From an uncultured Candidatus Saccharibacteria bacterium (GTDB lineage: Bacteria > Patescibacteriota > Minisyncoccia > Phycocordibacterales > UBA9988), in contig CAYNXC010000002.1 in NCBI GenBank assembly GCA_964401135.1, positions 16,457 to 80,456 on the forward strand: 64,000 nt of DNA, given 5' to 3'. This document shows positions 42,191 to 52,199 of the stretch, piece by piece. Each line of letters begins with the position of its first letter. Positions within the stretch are counted from its first letter, which is position 1. The notes below the pieces were generated by a model. It worked only from the letters and a program-made list of their open reading frames with translations. It was not told the origin of the DNA and searched no databases. The translations under genes were made by a program, and so were the position numbers.

Positions 42191-42233
42191 GAGTGGATAA
42201 CCCGACTACACAAATCTAAAGAAGGAAGCTAAG

Positions 42234-42596
42234 TTACTTACGTTCGTCCTCAGGCCATGGCTTTGGGCCGAACATCTCGTCGATCTTCTTGATCTCGTCT
42301 TCTGTAAGTTCGCGCTTCGGAGGCCGTTCCGGTACTGGGTCTCCTTTGTACTTCGGCGGCTTTCCGTCCATATGCTCCCAGATGAGCTTGATCATCCGAT
42401 GATCGCCGTCCAGTGCCATCCTTATGATTTTCTCAACCAACGCATCTGCAATAGTCTTGTCTTTATCACTCACAATCCTTTTACTGAGTATCTCTTGGAA
42501 TTGGCTCGTTAGTGTTTTGCCCGGAGGCCTTCCGTTCAAGTTTCTTCTCGGGTCGAATCCGCTTTGGAATGGCTTGAGGTTATTGATGTTGCCCAT
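42234..42596 (-). CDS. Small basic protein with N-terminal MGNINNLKPFQSGFDPRRNLNGRPPG motif (DUF5681/phage-like); paralog A
   Basis: 121 aa from internal ATG of track ORF 42234..42689; shares motif and architecture with the upstream paralog. Confidence 0.5.
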   Translation of the reverse strand: MGNINNLKPFQSGFDPRRNLNGRPPGKTLTSQFQEILSKRIVSDKDKTIADALVEKIIRMALDGDHRMIKLIWEHMDGKPPKYKGDPVPERPPKRELTEDEIKKIDEMFGPKPWPEDERK

Positions 42597-42945
42597 GGTC
42601 GTTTCGTTTAAAATACTTCTCAAAATCCGCCTGTTCTTCGGGCGTGTACTCGACCTTTTCTTGCGGTACAAATGGGGTAGGTACCACAAACTCGTCAGGC
42701 ACCTTGCCGTCCACTTGGTCGATGACCATACTCATGGCTTTCAGGTTGCCCTTGGCCGCCTTCCACACAAGCTGCATTACGATAGCCTTATCCTTCCGTG
42801 CCATCTTGCCGTTGAAGTAGACTTTCTCCTTCAATATTTCCATAATCACGGTTCTCACATTCCGAGAACCCTTCGGTCTACCCTTGGTATTCCTTCTTGG
42901 ATCGTACCCTGATTGAAAGGGCTTCAATGTTTTTATATTTCCCAT
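42580..42945 (-). CDS. Small basic protein with N-terminal MGNIKTLKPFQSGYDPRRNTKGRPKG motif; paralog B
   Basis: 121 aa from internal ATG of track ORF 42580..43098; 3' end overlaps the start of paralog A. Confidence 0.5.
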   Translation of the reverse strand: MGNIKTLKPFQSGYDPRRNTKGRPKGSRNVRTVIMEILKEKVYFNGKMARKDKAIVMQLVWKAAKGNLKAMSMVIDQVDGKVPDEFVVPTPFVPQEKVEYTPEEQADFEKYFKRNDHGQHQ

Positions 42946-43252
42946 ATCTGGTATTTTACCGGCTTTTTTGTTTGTAAAGGGGTGCATTACTTTCTCGCAG
43001 TTATTTTCACAGATAAAAGGGTGAAAAACGGCTTCTTTTAAGCCTTCGATTTTTCCCGTAATTTCACAGTATTTACGGGTATTTTGACCCCGACCCACAA
43101 ACCTCCTTCGGCTTCCCGAAAAAGTGCTAGAATACCCTTACGACACCTAATCATATGGGTACCGTACCCATAGCCCCCGCAAATTGAAACTTCCTGTTCC
43201 GAAAGCCGAATTGACCGTTGCATGAATAGTATTATCGTCCTAATATATATAC

Positions 43253-43651
43253 ATGAAAGGATACACAGCAAATATTGAGAAGGATACGGTAGCAAACAGT
43301 AGCTTCCGTAAGGTGCTCTATACGGGCAAGCACAGCCAGTTGGTACTGATGAGCATCCCGCCCAAGGGAGAGATTGGTCTGGAGACGCATACAGACAACG
43401 ACCAGTTTTTCCGTTTTGAGAAAGGGGTGGGGAAGTGCCTCATTGATGGTAACGAGTACGCGGTAGGGGACGGTGTCGCGGTGGTGGTCCCTGCAGGAGC
43501 AGAGCACAATGTTATTAACACATCAGAGATCGATGATCTCAAGCTTTACACTATTTACTCGCCATCACATCATAAGGACGGGATCATCCGTGCGACGCGA
43601 GAGGAGGCAGAGGCCAATGAGGCAGAGTTTGACGGCGTGACGAGTGAGTAG
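43253..43651 (+). CDS. Cupin domain protein
   Basis: Two-motif cupin pattern (GLETHTDNDQFFRFEKG ... VVVPAGAEHNVIN). Confidence 0.6.
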   Translation: MKGYTANIEKDTVANSSFRKVLYTGKHSQLVLMSIPPKGEIGLETHTDNDQFFRFEKGVGKCLIDGNEYAVGDGVAVVVPAGAEHNVINTSEIDDLKLYTIYSPSHHKDGIIRATREEAEANEAEFDGVTSE

Positions 43652-43656
43652 TAGAG

Positions 43657-43845
43657 TTGAGAGATATGAAGATAGATACAACAACCAAGTGGCTTATCGG
43701 AGCCTTTATCGTCGCTGTCATCCTCGCGTATGGATGCTATGCTAAACGGCCCCTCACGGAGCAAATAGGGGATCCTGACGGCTATATAGCCCCCTCTGGT
43801 TCCCCAACAACCACCGCTCCTACCACCACGCCACCAGCATTCTAA
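43657..43845 (+). CDS. Small membrane protein with Thr/Pro-rich tail (hypothetical)
   Basis: One TM (WLIGAFIVAVILAYGCYA) then PTTTAPTTTPP. Confidence 0.3.
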   Translation: MRDMKIDTTTKWLIGAFIVAVILAYGCYAKRPLTEQIGDPDGYIAPSGSPTTTAPTTTPPAF

Positions 43846-43853
43846 GGGGAGTC

Positions 43854-44420
43854 TTACTCTTGCACTCGCTCTACATATTCACCCGTCTCTGTGTTGATAC
43901 GCAAAATATCACCCTCGTTTACAAAAAGTGGTGCATTAATTCCCGCTCCAGTCTCTAAGGTGACTAGTTTAGTCCCGCCCTGAGCCGTATTCCCTTTGAT
44001 CCCTGGAGGCGCTTCTTTGACTTTTAGTTCAACTTTTATGGGTAGTTTGACTCCGATATTCCGTTCTTGGAATGAGAGGAGCTCTACTAAGGAGTTGGGC
44101 TTCATGAACTTGCCTTGGACACCGATAAAGTCTTCAGAGAGTGAGAAGCGCTTGCTCGGATCATCTTTCTCACAGAACCAGTATTCTCCTCTATTGATAT
44201 AGATATACTTTACTTCACGAGATAGGATCTCTGCTTCCTCTGTCTTCTCACTTGCGTGGAAGGAATACTCCATCACTTTACCTGTCATCAAGTTTTTAAG
44301 TTTTGTGGCGTTGACCGGCTTGCGCATCTGCTTACGAAATACATGCGATGAAAGCACTTCGTACGGCTCCCCCTCCATCACCACATATTTTCTTGGCTTG
44401 ATTTCATTATAGTCCAACAT
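43854..44420 (-). CDS. efp: Elongation factor P (track ORF extends to 44459)
   Basis: 188 aa from MLDYNEIKP; KOW-like N-domain with KLKNLMTG, two OB domains. Confidence 0.85.
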   Translation of the reverse strand: MLDYNEIKPRKYVVMEGEPYEVLSSHVFRKQMRKPVNATKLKNLMTGKVMEYSFHASEKTEEAEILSREVKYIYINRGEYWFCEKDDPSKRFSLSEDFIGVQGKFMKPNSLVELLSFQERNIGVKLPIKVELKVKEAPPGIKGNTAQGGTKLVTLETGAGINAPLFVNEGDILRINTETGEYVERVQE

Positions 44421-44507
44421 ACGAGAGCCACTGTACCCTAAGCGACCTTTGGGAGTCAAGGAGCGTTAGCGTATAATAAAGGTCGAATAGCTTTATCTCT
44501 ATACAAC

Positions 44508-45092
44508 ATGCGTATGCTCTCCGACGAAAAGTACCAAGCGCTTATGGCAGAACCGGATGAGGTGGTGCTTACCGCATCTCTCACCTCTCCGCGAGCATTT
44601 GAAATAATCGTCTCTCGCTACCAAGTGGCTTTTCGTCGGAAGGCACGGCGTATTCTTGGAGACCGGCCAGAAGTGGATGATGTTGTTGTAGATACCTTCG
44701 CAAAAATTTATTTTAGCGCACAGAGTTTCCATGCTACTTCGAGTAGCTCATTCCGCTCATGGGGCTATCGCATTCTTACCAACACCGTACTCTCATCGTA
44801 CCGCGCACTTAAACGGTCTGGGCGTCTCTCCGCACAGAGTGCTTTTGACGAGCGATGGTATGAAGAAGTCCCCGATCCTCGTGACGAGTATGCAGCTCAC
44901 GGCCTTACAGACTATGTAGCGTCAGTCTTGCGGCGCTTGCCGGGGCATTTCTCTCGGATTCTTTCTTATTATTTTATTGATGGTCGTCCCCAGCGTGAGA
45001 TCGCACGCATTGAGGGTATTTCCATCTCGGCGGTAAAGACGCGCCTCCTGCGTGCTCGGAGAGAGTTTCGTCGCGTTGCCGAGACTCTGTGA
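44508..45092 (+). CDS. ECF-type sigma-70 family RNA polymerase sigma factor
   Basis: Region 2 and region 4 HTH ([26 protein letters not shown]). Confidence 0.75.
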   Translation: MRMLSDEKYQALMAEPDEVVLTASLTSPRAFEIIVSRYQVAFRRKARRILGDRPEVDDVVVDTFAKIYFSAQSFHATSSSSFRSWGYRILTNTVLSSYRALKRSGRLSAQSAFDERWYEEVPDPRDEYAAHGLTDYVASVLRRLPGHFSRILSYYFIDGRPQREIARIEGISISAVKTRLLRARREFRRVAETL

Positions 45093-45453
45093 TACAATTG
45101 TTATTAGTATGACTACCGCAAATCCAATCATGTTGCGCACGATGCGTCGCGTCTACTTCTCGTGGATATGTCGCATCTTCACAAACCCTACCTTCGTTAA
45201 GCTAGGGCTCTTTCTCTATGCCTGCGGTCACCTCAGTCTCTATGTCTCGTACCGTTCAGTGCTCAATAATGTACCCAGCTTCTCCTTAGACAGAAGTGCC
45301 CCCTACCTGCGTGACGCTTTTCTCCATACAGAGATGTTTACGCAGACGCTCATCGCGCTTGCACTCATTGTCGGACCCTTTCTCGCTTATGACGCGGGTC
45401 GCAATCTTTCTCTCTATCTGCGCCGTCGTATGATCACAGGTTCTTTTCAGTAA
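45052..45453 (+). CDS. Hypothetical small membrane protein downstream of sigma factor (possible anti-sigma factor)
   Basis: Two predicted TMs; position immediately after ECF sigma gene. Confidence 0.3.
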   Translation: MLGESFVALPRLCDTIVISMTTANPIMLRTMRRVYFSWICRIFTNPTFVKLGLFLYACGHLSLYVSYRSVLNNVPSFSLDRSAPYLRDAFLHTEMFTQTLIALALIVGPFLAYDAGRNLSLYLRRRMITGSFQ

Positions 45454-46453
45454 AACTTGCTTTAATCTTCTTTACGAGCTCAGCTCGTACTTTTGGATTC
45501 TCTCTCAAAAAAGTGCGTGTTGCGTCGTAGCCCTTACCAAGTTTCGTATCTCCGGTAGAGTATGAGGCGCCACTTTTAGTGATGGCACCAATTTTTTCTG
45601 CAAGTGCAATGATCTCACCCTCCGGTGAAATCCCCTCGTTGTAGAGGATATCAAACTCTGCCTGTTTAAATGGCGCAGCGACCTTGTTCTTAACAACTTT
45701 GACACGGGTACGGTTGCCTACCACTTCTTCCCCTTTCTTAATCTGTGCGAGACGGCGCACATCTAAGCGCACTGACGAGTAAAACTTGAGCGCTTTTCCA
45801 CCCGGGGTCGTCTCTGGATTCCCAAACATAACCCCAATCTGCATTCGTATCTGGTTGATGAAGATAACCACCGTCTTAGAGCGTGCCACAATTGCTGTCA
45901 TCTTGCGGAGAGCCTGTGACATCAGCCTAGCTTGTTTGCCCACATGTTGGGCGCCGACATCACCTTCAATCTCATCTTTTGGGGTGAGTGCCGCCACTGA
46001 GTCTACGACTACCACATCGACAGAACCAGAGCGGATAAGCGTCTCTGCAATCTCGAGTGCCTGTTCCCCGTAATCGGGTTGTGAGATGAGGAGTTGGTCG
46101 GTCTTTACCCCAATCTTTCTCGCATAATCAGGATCCAAGGCGTGCTCCGCATCAATATAGGCACAGACGCCGCCTTTCTTCTGTGACTCCGCAACGATGT
46201 GGAGTGCGAGTGTAGTTTTCCCCGATGACTCGGGCCCAAAGATTTCAATGATGCGTCCGCGGGGCACTCCGCCAATCCCCAAAGCATCATCCAAAGATAG
46301 GGATCCGGTAGGGATGGCATCGATACCTACCTTAGGCCGCTCGCCCAGCATGAGGATGGCGCCGTCGCCATATTTACTCTGTATTGCTTTGATGGTGTTC
46401 TCTATCGTACCGACGCCTGATTTCTCTACCTTTTCTTTTTTGCTGAATGCCAT
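45434..46453 (-). CDS. recA: Recombinase RecA
   Basis: Walker [15 protein letters not shown]1/L2 loops, 339 aa. Confidence 0.9.
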   Translation of the reverse strand: MAFSKKEKVEKSGVGTIENTIKAIQSKYGDGAILMLGERPKVGIDAIPTGSLSLDDALGIGGVPRGRIIEIFGPESSGKTTLALHIVAESQKKGGVCAYIDAEHALDPDYARKIGVKTDQLLISQPDYGEQALEIAETLIRSGSVDVVVVDSVAALTPKDEIEGDVGAQHVGKQARLMSQALRKMTAIVARSKTVVIFINQIRMQIGVMFGNPETTPGGKALKFYSSVRLDVRRLAQIKKGEEVVGNRTRVKVVKNKVAAPFKQAEFDILYNEGISPEGEIIALAEKIGAITKSGASYSTGDTKLGKGYDATRTFLRENPKVRAELVKKIKASFTEKNL

Positions 46454-46454
46454 A

Positions 46455-46802
46455 TTATTTCAGAATTACATGTAATATCTCTTTTGTCTCTCGATTAAAA
46501 CGGTCTTGAGCTACGACGGTAATCACATTATACCCCGGTAATAGCAAAAGTGAGTCACGAAAGAGACCTTGCTCATCAGTAAAAATTCTCCTACCGTTTA
46601 CGGTGAGACTGGCTATATTTTTCGCATATCCTCTGAGGATGACGACAGGTTTCTCTAAGGTCTCACCATCCGTGGGAGTGTCTACAGTGAGTACGGGTCC
46701 TGCAATAAATGCGGCACTCCGATTGACTGCATATCCAACAATAATGAGAGCTATGAGCGCCCCTAATCCCCACGAGAGCCAGAGTGAGCGGTTCTGTATC
46801 AT
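46455..46802 (-). CDS. Hypothetical membrane-anchored protein
   Basis: N-terminal TM then ~90-aa beta-rich domain. Confidence 0.4.
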   Translation of the reverse strand: MIQNRSLWLSWGLGALIALIIVGYAVNRSAAFIAGPVLTVDTPTDGETLEKPVVILRGYAKNIASLTVNGRRIFTDEQGLFRDSLLLLPGYNVITVVAQDRFNRETKEILHVILK

Positions 46803-48985
46803 AGTACTTCAGCCTCTACTTCTCCGCCTTGTCTCCCGTACACTTCTCGCGGCTTTGCTCCATCAGCGGGGCCGATAACCCCTCGTTCTTCCAGCATATC
46901 AAGGAGCCGTGCGGCACGAGCATAGCCTACCTTAAGACGGCGCTGGAGGTATGAGGCAGAGGCCTTTCCCGCTTCCATAATAATTTCTCGCGCTTCTTCG
47001 TAGAGCTCATCATCATCCCCACTATCCATCTCATTATCATTCCAAGCTCCCGCACTGGTTCCGCTTCCTGCGTCAGCCCCAACAGAGATATCTTGGGGGA
47101 TTTCATCACGGTAGTGATCACGGAGCCATGAGACAACATGCTTCACTTCTCTCTCAGATATGAAGGCAGATTGAAGTCGTATTGGCTTACTCATATCTCC
47201 CGAGAGATAGAGCATGTCACCAGAGCCAAGTAATTTTTCTGCTCCCGCCATATCAAGAATGGTCCGTGAGTCAATCTGCGAAGCAACTTGGAGGGCAATG
47301 CGTGAAGGGATATTTGCTTTAATCAAACCGGTGATAATTTCTACACTTGGTCGCTGCGTAGATAGGAGAAGGTGTATACCAACCGCGCGAGACATTTGTG
47401 CGAGACGCACGATCCCTGCTTCCATCTCGCGTGGGTAGGTGGTCATAATATCGGCGAGCTCATCAATCACGATGACGATGTACGGCATCCGGTCAGGGAG
47501 ATCAGTCTCATCTCCTCCTTTCTCGTAGGCTGGCTCAACCACATTTTTATGGTAAGACTCAATGTCACGCACTGCCTCTTTCTCAAGAATGTCGTAGCGC
47601 CGATCCATTTCTTTAGCCGCCCACTTGAGTGACATAATAGCTTTTTTTGCGTCAGTTATGACGGGGGTAAGGAGGTGTGGAATATTGTTGTATACCGTGA
47701 GCTCAACTCGCTTTGGGTCTACCATAATGAAGCGGAGTTTATCTGGTGCGTTACGGTACAGGAGGGATGTAATAATGGCGTGAATGGTGACTGACTTTCC
47801 TGATCCGGTTGCACCTGCGACGAGGAGGTGAGGAGCCCTTGCGAAGTTTGCAAAGTGTGCGGTGCCAGCAATCGCTCGGCCAAGAGAGATGAGGAGCGGG
47901 TGATGTGACTCGGCAAACTCTTTTGCGCCAATGAGCGAAGCCATACCCACTTTAATCTTTGAAGTATTTGGTATTTCAATGCCGACGAGAGATTTACCTG
48001 GGATGGGCGCTTCGATGCGGATAGGGTGAGCGGCAAGAGCAAGTGAGAGATCATTCTGGAGTCCTACAATGCGGGCAAGTTTTACTCCCTCTGCAGGTTT
48101 GAGTGCGTAGCGGGTAATAGATGGGCCGATGGAGATCTCATCCATCTCTACAATGATGCCAAAGTTTGCGAGTGTGCGTTTGATGATGTTCGCATTCGCT
48201 TTAATGTCTCCCACACCCGGTTTACCCGAGTCTCCCTCTAAGAGGTCTAATGGGGGTGGTATGAAGCCTTCTGTATTTGCCTTTCCCTTAAACCCAACGA
48301 GGCGGCTGAAGGCGCCCAAGTCTTGTGTGCCGCCGGAGCCGTCATTGATTTTGATTGGGCGTTCCTCTTGCCCCTTACTACCGCTTGTCTCGGTGACTAT
48401 GTTTTTATCTCCACCCAGTACAGTAAGAGGAGTGGTATTGTTTACATCCTCTTCTGAACCATCCTCATCATCTCCTCGGCGGAGCACCTTTCCAAATAGT
48501 TTCCAATCAAGAGTGAGATTAGTCTCAAACATAATAAAGATTGCAATAAGCAGTACAGCAGAGAGAATTGCGAATGCCACATATTGCTCAAATAGATTAA
48601 CTAGTGGACGAGCAATGAGTCCTCCCACCATCCCCCCCGCCGGCTCCCCTGCTGTGAGGTAGAGAAGTCCGAGACTTGAAGCAAAAATAAAGATACTGCT
48701 GATGGTTCTCCATGAAGAGACCGAAGGGTCAGAGAGACGGAAGAAGGATGCGGCTAAGAGAAGGCAGAGTGCCGGTAGTATTAAAAAGCCTCCACCAAGG
48801 ATATGAGAAAGAGATCTGTAGGTGAGTACTCCGGCTGGACCAGCTTTCTCAAAGAAGGCGAGCACAAAGAATATTGCGGCTACAATCGCAAGTACACCAA
48901 GGATGCCGTGCCGAGTTTCTTCCTTCATCTTACGCACTGGCTGTTTTAGCTCCCTTGGCTCGTGTTTTTTTGATCTGCGCGCCAT
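46799..48985 (-). CDS. ftsK: DNA translocase FtsK/SpoIIIE (track ORF extends to 49066)
   Basis: 4 N-terminal TMs, linker, motor domain with Walker A AGATGSGKS, C-terminal gamma winged-helix domain. Confidence 0.85.
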   Translation of the reverse strand: MARRSKKHEPRELKQPVRKMKEETRHGILGVLAIVAAIFFVLAFFEKAGPAGVLTYRSLSHILGGGFLILPALCLLLAASFFRLSDPSVSSWRTISSIFIFASSLGLLYLTAGEPAGGMVGGLIARPLVNLFEQYVAFAILSAVLLIAIFIMFETNLTLDWKLFGKVLRRGDDEDGSEEDVNNTTPLTVLGGDKNIVTETSGSKGQEERPIKINDGSGGTQDLGAFSRLVGFKGKANTEGFIPPPLDLLEGDSGKPGVGDIKANANIIKRTLANFGIIVEMDEISIGPSITRYALKPAEGVKLARIVGLQNDLSLALAAHPIRIEAPIPGKSLVGIEIPNTSKIKVGMASLIGAKEFAESHHPLLISLGRAIAGTAHFANFARAPHLLVAGATGSGKSVTIHAIITSLLYRNAPDKLRFIMVDPKRVELTVYNNIPHLLTPVITDAKKAIMSLKWAAKEMDRRYDILEKEAVRDIESYHKNVVEPAYEKGGDETDLPDRMPYIVIVIDELADIMTTYPREMEAGIVRLAQMSRAVGIHLLLSTQRPSVEIITGLIKANIPSRIALQVASQIDSRTILDMAGAEKLLGSGDMLYLSGDMSKPIRLQSAFISEREVKHVVSWLRDHYRDEIPQDISVGADAGSGTSAGAWNDNEMDSGDDDELYEEAREIIMEAGKASASYLQRRLKVGYARAARLLDMLEERGVIGPADGAKPREVYGRQGGEVEAEVL

Positions 48986-49064
48986 AACGGTGGATCCATT
49001 GTAGCACAGCCACCGCGGTGAGATATGCACACGCGTTGACTTCAGCCATGTCCGATATATAATC

Positions 49065-49757
49065 ATGGTTAAAGACAGTCATACAGATGATGTCCCAGAA
49101 ATTATGCTCAAGGACAATGCTAGGGACAATAAAAGACTAAACGATATTCTCTCTTTTGTTCGTGTAAAGATAGAGAGGTTAACCGTTGCTACATACCGAG
49201 TCAGTGATTTTTTGAACGATGCTGAACCGCTCAAGAGACGGCTACGAGAGTATGCACTCAAGACACTCACAGAATCTGGAAGAGAAGATGCTCTCTCTGT
49301 CCTCTCTCCTACCCTTCGTACGATGACTCTCTTATGTGACACTGCGTCTGTAACACGGGTTGGATCGACTATGAACTTTAGTATCCTCTCTGACGAGTAT
49401 TCTTCTCTTATCACACTCATCAGTGATGAATTACTCATCCCTTCTCTCTCTGGGGTGAAGGAGGTTTATCTCTCGTCGTTTACTGTCCCCGTACCACAGA
49501 TTCAAGCAGTACCTTATAAAGGACACCAAAAGGACATAAAGGACAAAGAGATAAAAAATGGCAGTGCAGATCGTTCGGATCGGATTATTGCCTATATCAA
49601 GGACCATCCAGGATCGGGGATAAAAGTTATATCCAAACTTTTTCCCGGGGTAAGTGAGAAGACGGTCCAGCGTGAGTTATTAACCCTCGTCTCTCGTGGG
49701 ATTTTGCAAAAAGAAGGTGAGCGTCGCTGGAGCCGTTATAGCTTAAAAACAGGTTGA
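49065..49757 (+). CDS. Hypothetical protein with C-terminal winged-HTH-like region (start likely internal, ~49104)
   Basis: C-terminal IAYIKDHPGSGIKVISKLFPGVSEKTVQRELLTLVSRGIL resembles DeoR/wHTH. Confidence 0.4.
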   Translation: MVKDSHTDDVPEIMLKDNARDNKRLNDILSFVRVKIERLTVATYRVSDFLNDAEPLKRRLREYALKTLTESGREDALSVLSPTLRTMTLLCDTASVTRVGSTMNFSILSDEYSSLITLISDELLIPSLSGVKEVYLSSFTVPVPQIQAVPYKGHQKDIKDKEIKNGSADRSDRIIAYIKDHPGSGIKVISKLFPGVSEKTVQRELLTLVSRGILQKEGERRWSRYSLKTG

Positions 49758-50067
49758 CTTTTGGGGCTCAGTGCGGTACCCTTGAGTCTGACAGTACTGA
49801 GCCGTGCGGTTATCCACACGCTCTCTCTTTGCGGAGAGTGTGACCCGCACTATAATTGACTGTATACAGTAATGGTTCGTACTCGGCGTGTCTTGAACAT
49901 TGACAAGTAAATAGTGAAATTCATTTCCAATTGTTATTAACCCGTTGGCGCAATGGTGTGCCGGCGTGTTGGTAAGTAGGTGAATCGCGAATGCGAGTCG
50001 AAGCGCGCGATGATCCGGTATTAAAAAAGGCTTATTAGAATTATTAGGTTATCAGTATTATTAAAAC

Positions 50068-52104
50068 ATGAAAAAAATTGCATTGCTTACCGTTGCAGTG
50101 CTTGCACTTGGTGCTGTCGTAGTGCCCGCTTCAGCGAGCGCGTTGACCGCAAATGAAATCTTGCAAGCGTTGTCAGCGGATCCAGCCCTGCTCTCGCAAC
50201 TACAGGCACTCCTCGGTGGTACAGCCACAACTGGCGGTACATCATCAGCAGGAAGCCTTGCTGCAGTTCAGGCACTTACTAAAGATTTGACTATCGGTTC
50301 AAAGGGTGCGGATGTAACCGCTCTCCAGACCTGGCTCGTAGAGGAAGGATACATGGTAATGCCGGTAGGCGTTCCTATGGGATACTTTGGGACTTTGACA
50401 CAGAAGGCCCTCGCACAGTGGCAAGCAGAGAATGCAGTCACTCCTGCAGCAGGATACTTTGGTCCTAAGACCCGAGGCGTTATCGCTACACTCTCAAGCA
50501 CAGTCACTCCTGGCGGCACCTTGCCAGCAGGTTGTACTTCAACAGCTGGTTACAGTTCCACAACTGGTGCAAAGTGTGATGGTTCCACAACTGGTTCAAC
50601 CACTGGTGGAACAATCTCAACACCCGGTGTTGAAGGTACGCTTTCTGCAACACAGTCAACATCCGGAATCAGTTCAACTATCTATGAAGGTGATGATCAG
50701 GTAGCTATCCTCGGTGTTAAACTTGAGGCAGACAGCTCTGACATCATGGTTCAGAGAGTGAAGATTGACCTTGGTACAACCACGAAGATCTACAACAAGA
50801 TCTACTCAAAGTTGTATGTCACTGAAGGAGGTAACCTCCTTGCAGAGGCAGCACTCAACTCATCCACAGTGGTGAAAGAGAGCGGCCGCTACTACATTAC
50901 GATCTCAGGCTTCAACCTCCTTGTTCCTAAGGATGGTTCCAAGACGGTCGTAATCAAGGCGGATGTGTACTCAAGCATTGATTCAACAGATCGTAGCGCT
51001 GGTGACATTACCCTCTCATGGGGTGTTCGCCTAGCTTCAAATGGTTTCCGTGGTGTTGATGGTGCTGGTATTGACCAGTACGCAGGTACAACTTCAATCG
51101 GTAAGTCGATTACTATATCGGCAAGCCTCGTTGAATCAGCAACACTTGACCTCGCAGATAACTCAAGCTCTCCTTCAGCAGCCGATGTAGTTGCTGCAGA
51201 TGGTTCAGCAAACAATGAACTTGATAAGTTGACCCTCCTCACTTTCAACCTTACTGCAAAGAAGGATGATGTGACAGTGACCGACCTTGCAATTGATATT
51301 GACAAGGGAGGCACCGGTGGAGCAACAGCTTCAACAACAGTGTACCTCTATGAGGGTGACACTGAGCTCGAAAACGCAACTGTTGATAGCAGTGCTGCAA
51401 ACGGCAGCTATGTAGTCTTCTCAAGCGACGAGCTCTTCACAGTTTCAAAGGATGCGACCAAGACCTTGACTGTTAAGGTTGATGTCCGAAACGCTAATGG
51501 AACAGTGTCGACGCTGTCAGCGACTGCTTCTTCATCTGGTATCACTGCTGAGAACTCACAAGGCGACACAGTGTCAGTCAGTGGTTCAGCAACTGGCGAG
51601 TCACAGTATGTACGTAATGTTGGTCCAGTGTTCACATTGGTATCAAAGAGTGTAGAGCGCTCAGTTTCAACTGACAATCAAATCTCTACAACCACATCAC
51701 AAGCAACCTTCACCGTTAAGGTAAAGGCAGTAGGTGGCAGTATCACCTTTGGTTCTGTTGCTTCTACCGCTCCGATGTTTGGTAGCTCAACTCCGTACTT
51801 CGTGACCTATGTCAACGGTGCAGCGCAGACGCTCCTGGTCGCTTCATCCACAGACTTCTCAATCCCTTCATCGGGAGTGACCACGTCTGGATTGGATAAC
51901 AGCTTCACCTTGGCAGAAAACAATGAAGTAACCATCCCAGTATCATTCACCTTTGTCAGTAAGACTGCGGCTGGCGCAAATGCGTTTACAGGTTCAAACT
52001 CTGTCGCGACTGCGCTTGAGCGCATCCGCTGGGCAGGTGCACAGACCACGACCTTTATGGCTGGCGACACTGATTGGAGAGCTTCAAGCGTAACAATGCC
52101 GTAA
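50068..52104 (+). CDS. Secreted surface protein with N-terminal peptidoglycan-binding domain and long Thr/Ser/Gly-rich beta-rich region
   Basis: Signal peptide; LTIGSKGADVTALQTWLVEEGY...GYFGTLTQKALAQWQ PGBD-like. Confidence 0.55.
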   Translation: MKKIALLTVAVLALGAVVVPASASALTANEILQALSADPALLSQLQALLGGTATTGGTSSAGSLAAVQALTKDLTIGSKGADVTALQTWLVEEGYMVMPVGVPMGYFGTLTQKALAQWQAENAVTPAAGYFGPKTRGVIATLSSTVTPGGTLPAGCTSTAGYSSTTGAKCDGSTTGSTTGGTISTPGVEGTLSATQSTSGISSTIYEGDDQVAILGVKLEADSSDIMVQRVKIDLGTTTKIYNKIYSKLYVTEGGNLLAEAALNSSTVVKESGRYYITISGFNLLVPKDGSKTVVIKADVYSSIDSTDRSAGDITLSWGVRLASNGFRGVDGAGIDQYAGTTSIGKSITISASLVESATLDLADNSSSPSAADVVAADGSANNELDKLTLLTFNLTAKKDDVTVTDLAIDIDKGGTGGATASTTVYLYEGDTELENATVDSSAANGSYVVFSSDELFTVSKDATKTLTVKVDVRNANGTVSTLSATASSSGITAENSQGDTVSVSGSATGESQYVRNVGPVFTLVSKSVERSVSTDNQISTTTSQATFTVKVKAVGGSITFGSVASTAPMFGSSTPYFVTYVNGAAQTLLVASSTDFSIPSSGVTTSGLDNSFTLAENNEVTIPVSFTFVSKTAAGANAFTGSNSVATALERIRWAGAQTTTFMAGDTDWRASSVTMP

Positions 52105-52199
52105 ACAGCTACTTGTGATAGCTTCAAAAACACCCCTTCGGGGGTGTTTTTGTTTTGTATTTTTTTGTGTAGTAATGGAGGATGTATTAAAATGAATAT

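Noticed and set aside
49758-50067. tmRNA, RNase P or SRP RNA in the structured intergenic region
   Set aside because: Lacks the diagnostic conserved motifs (GGATTCGAC/tag reading frame, AGGAAAGTCCGGGCTCC, SRP domain IV loop).
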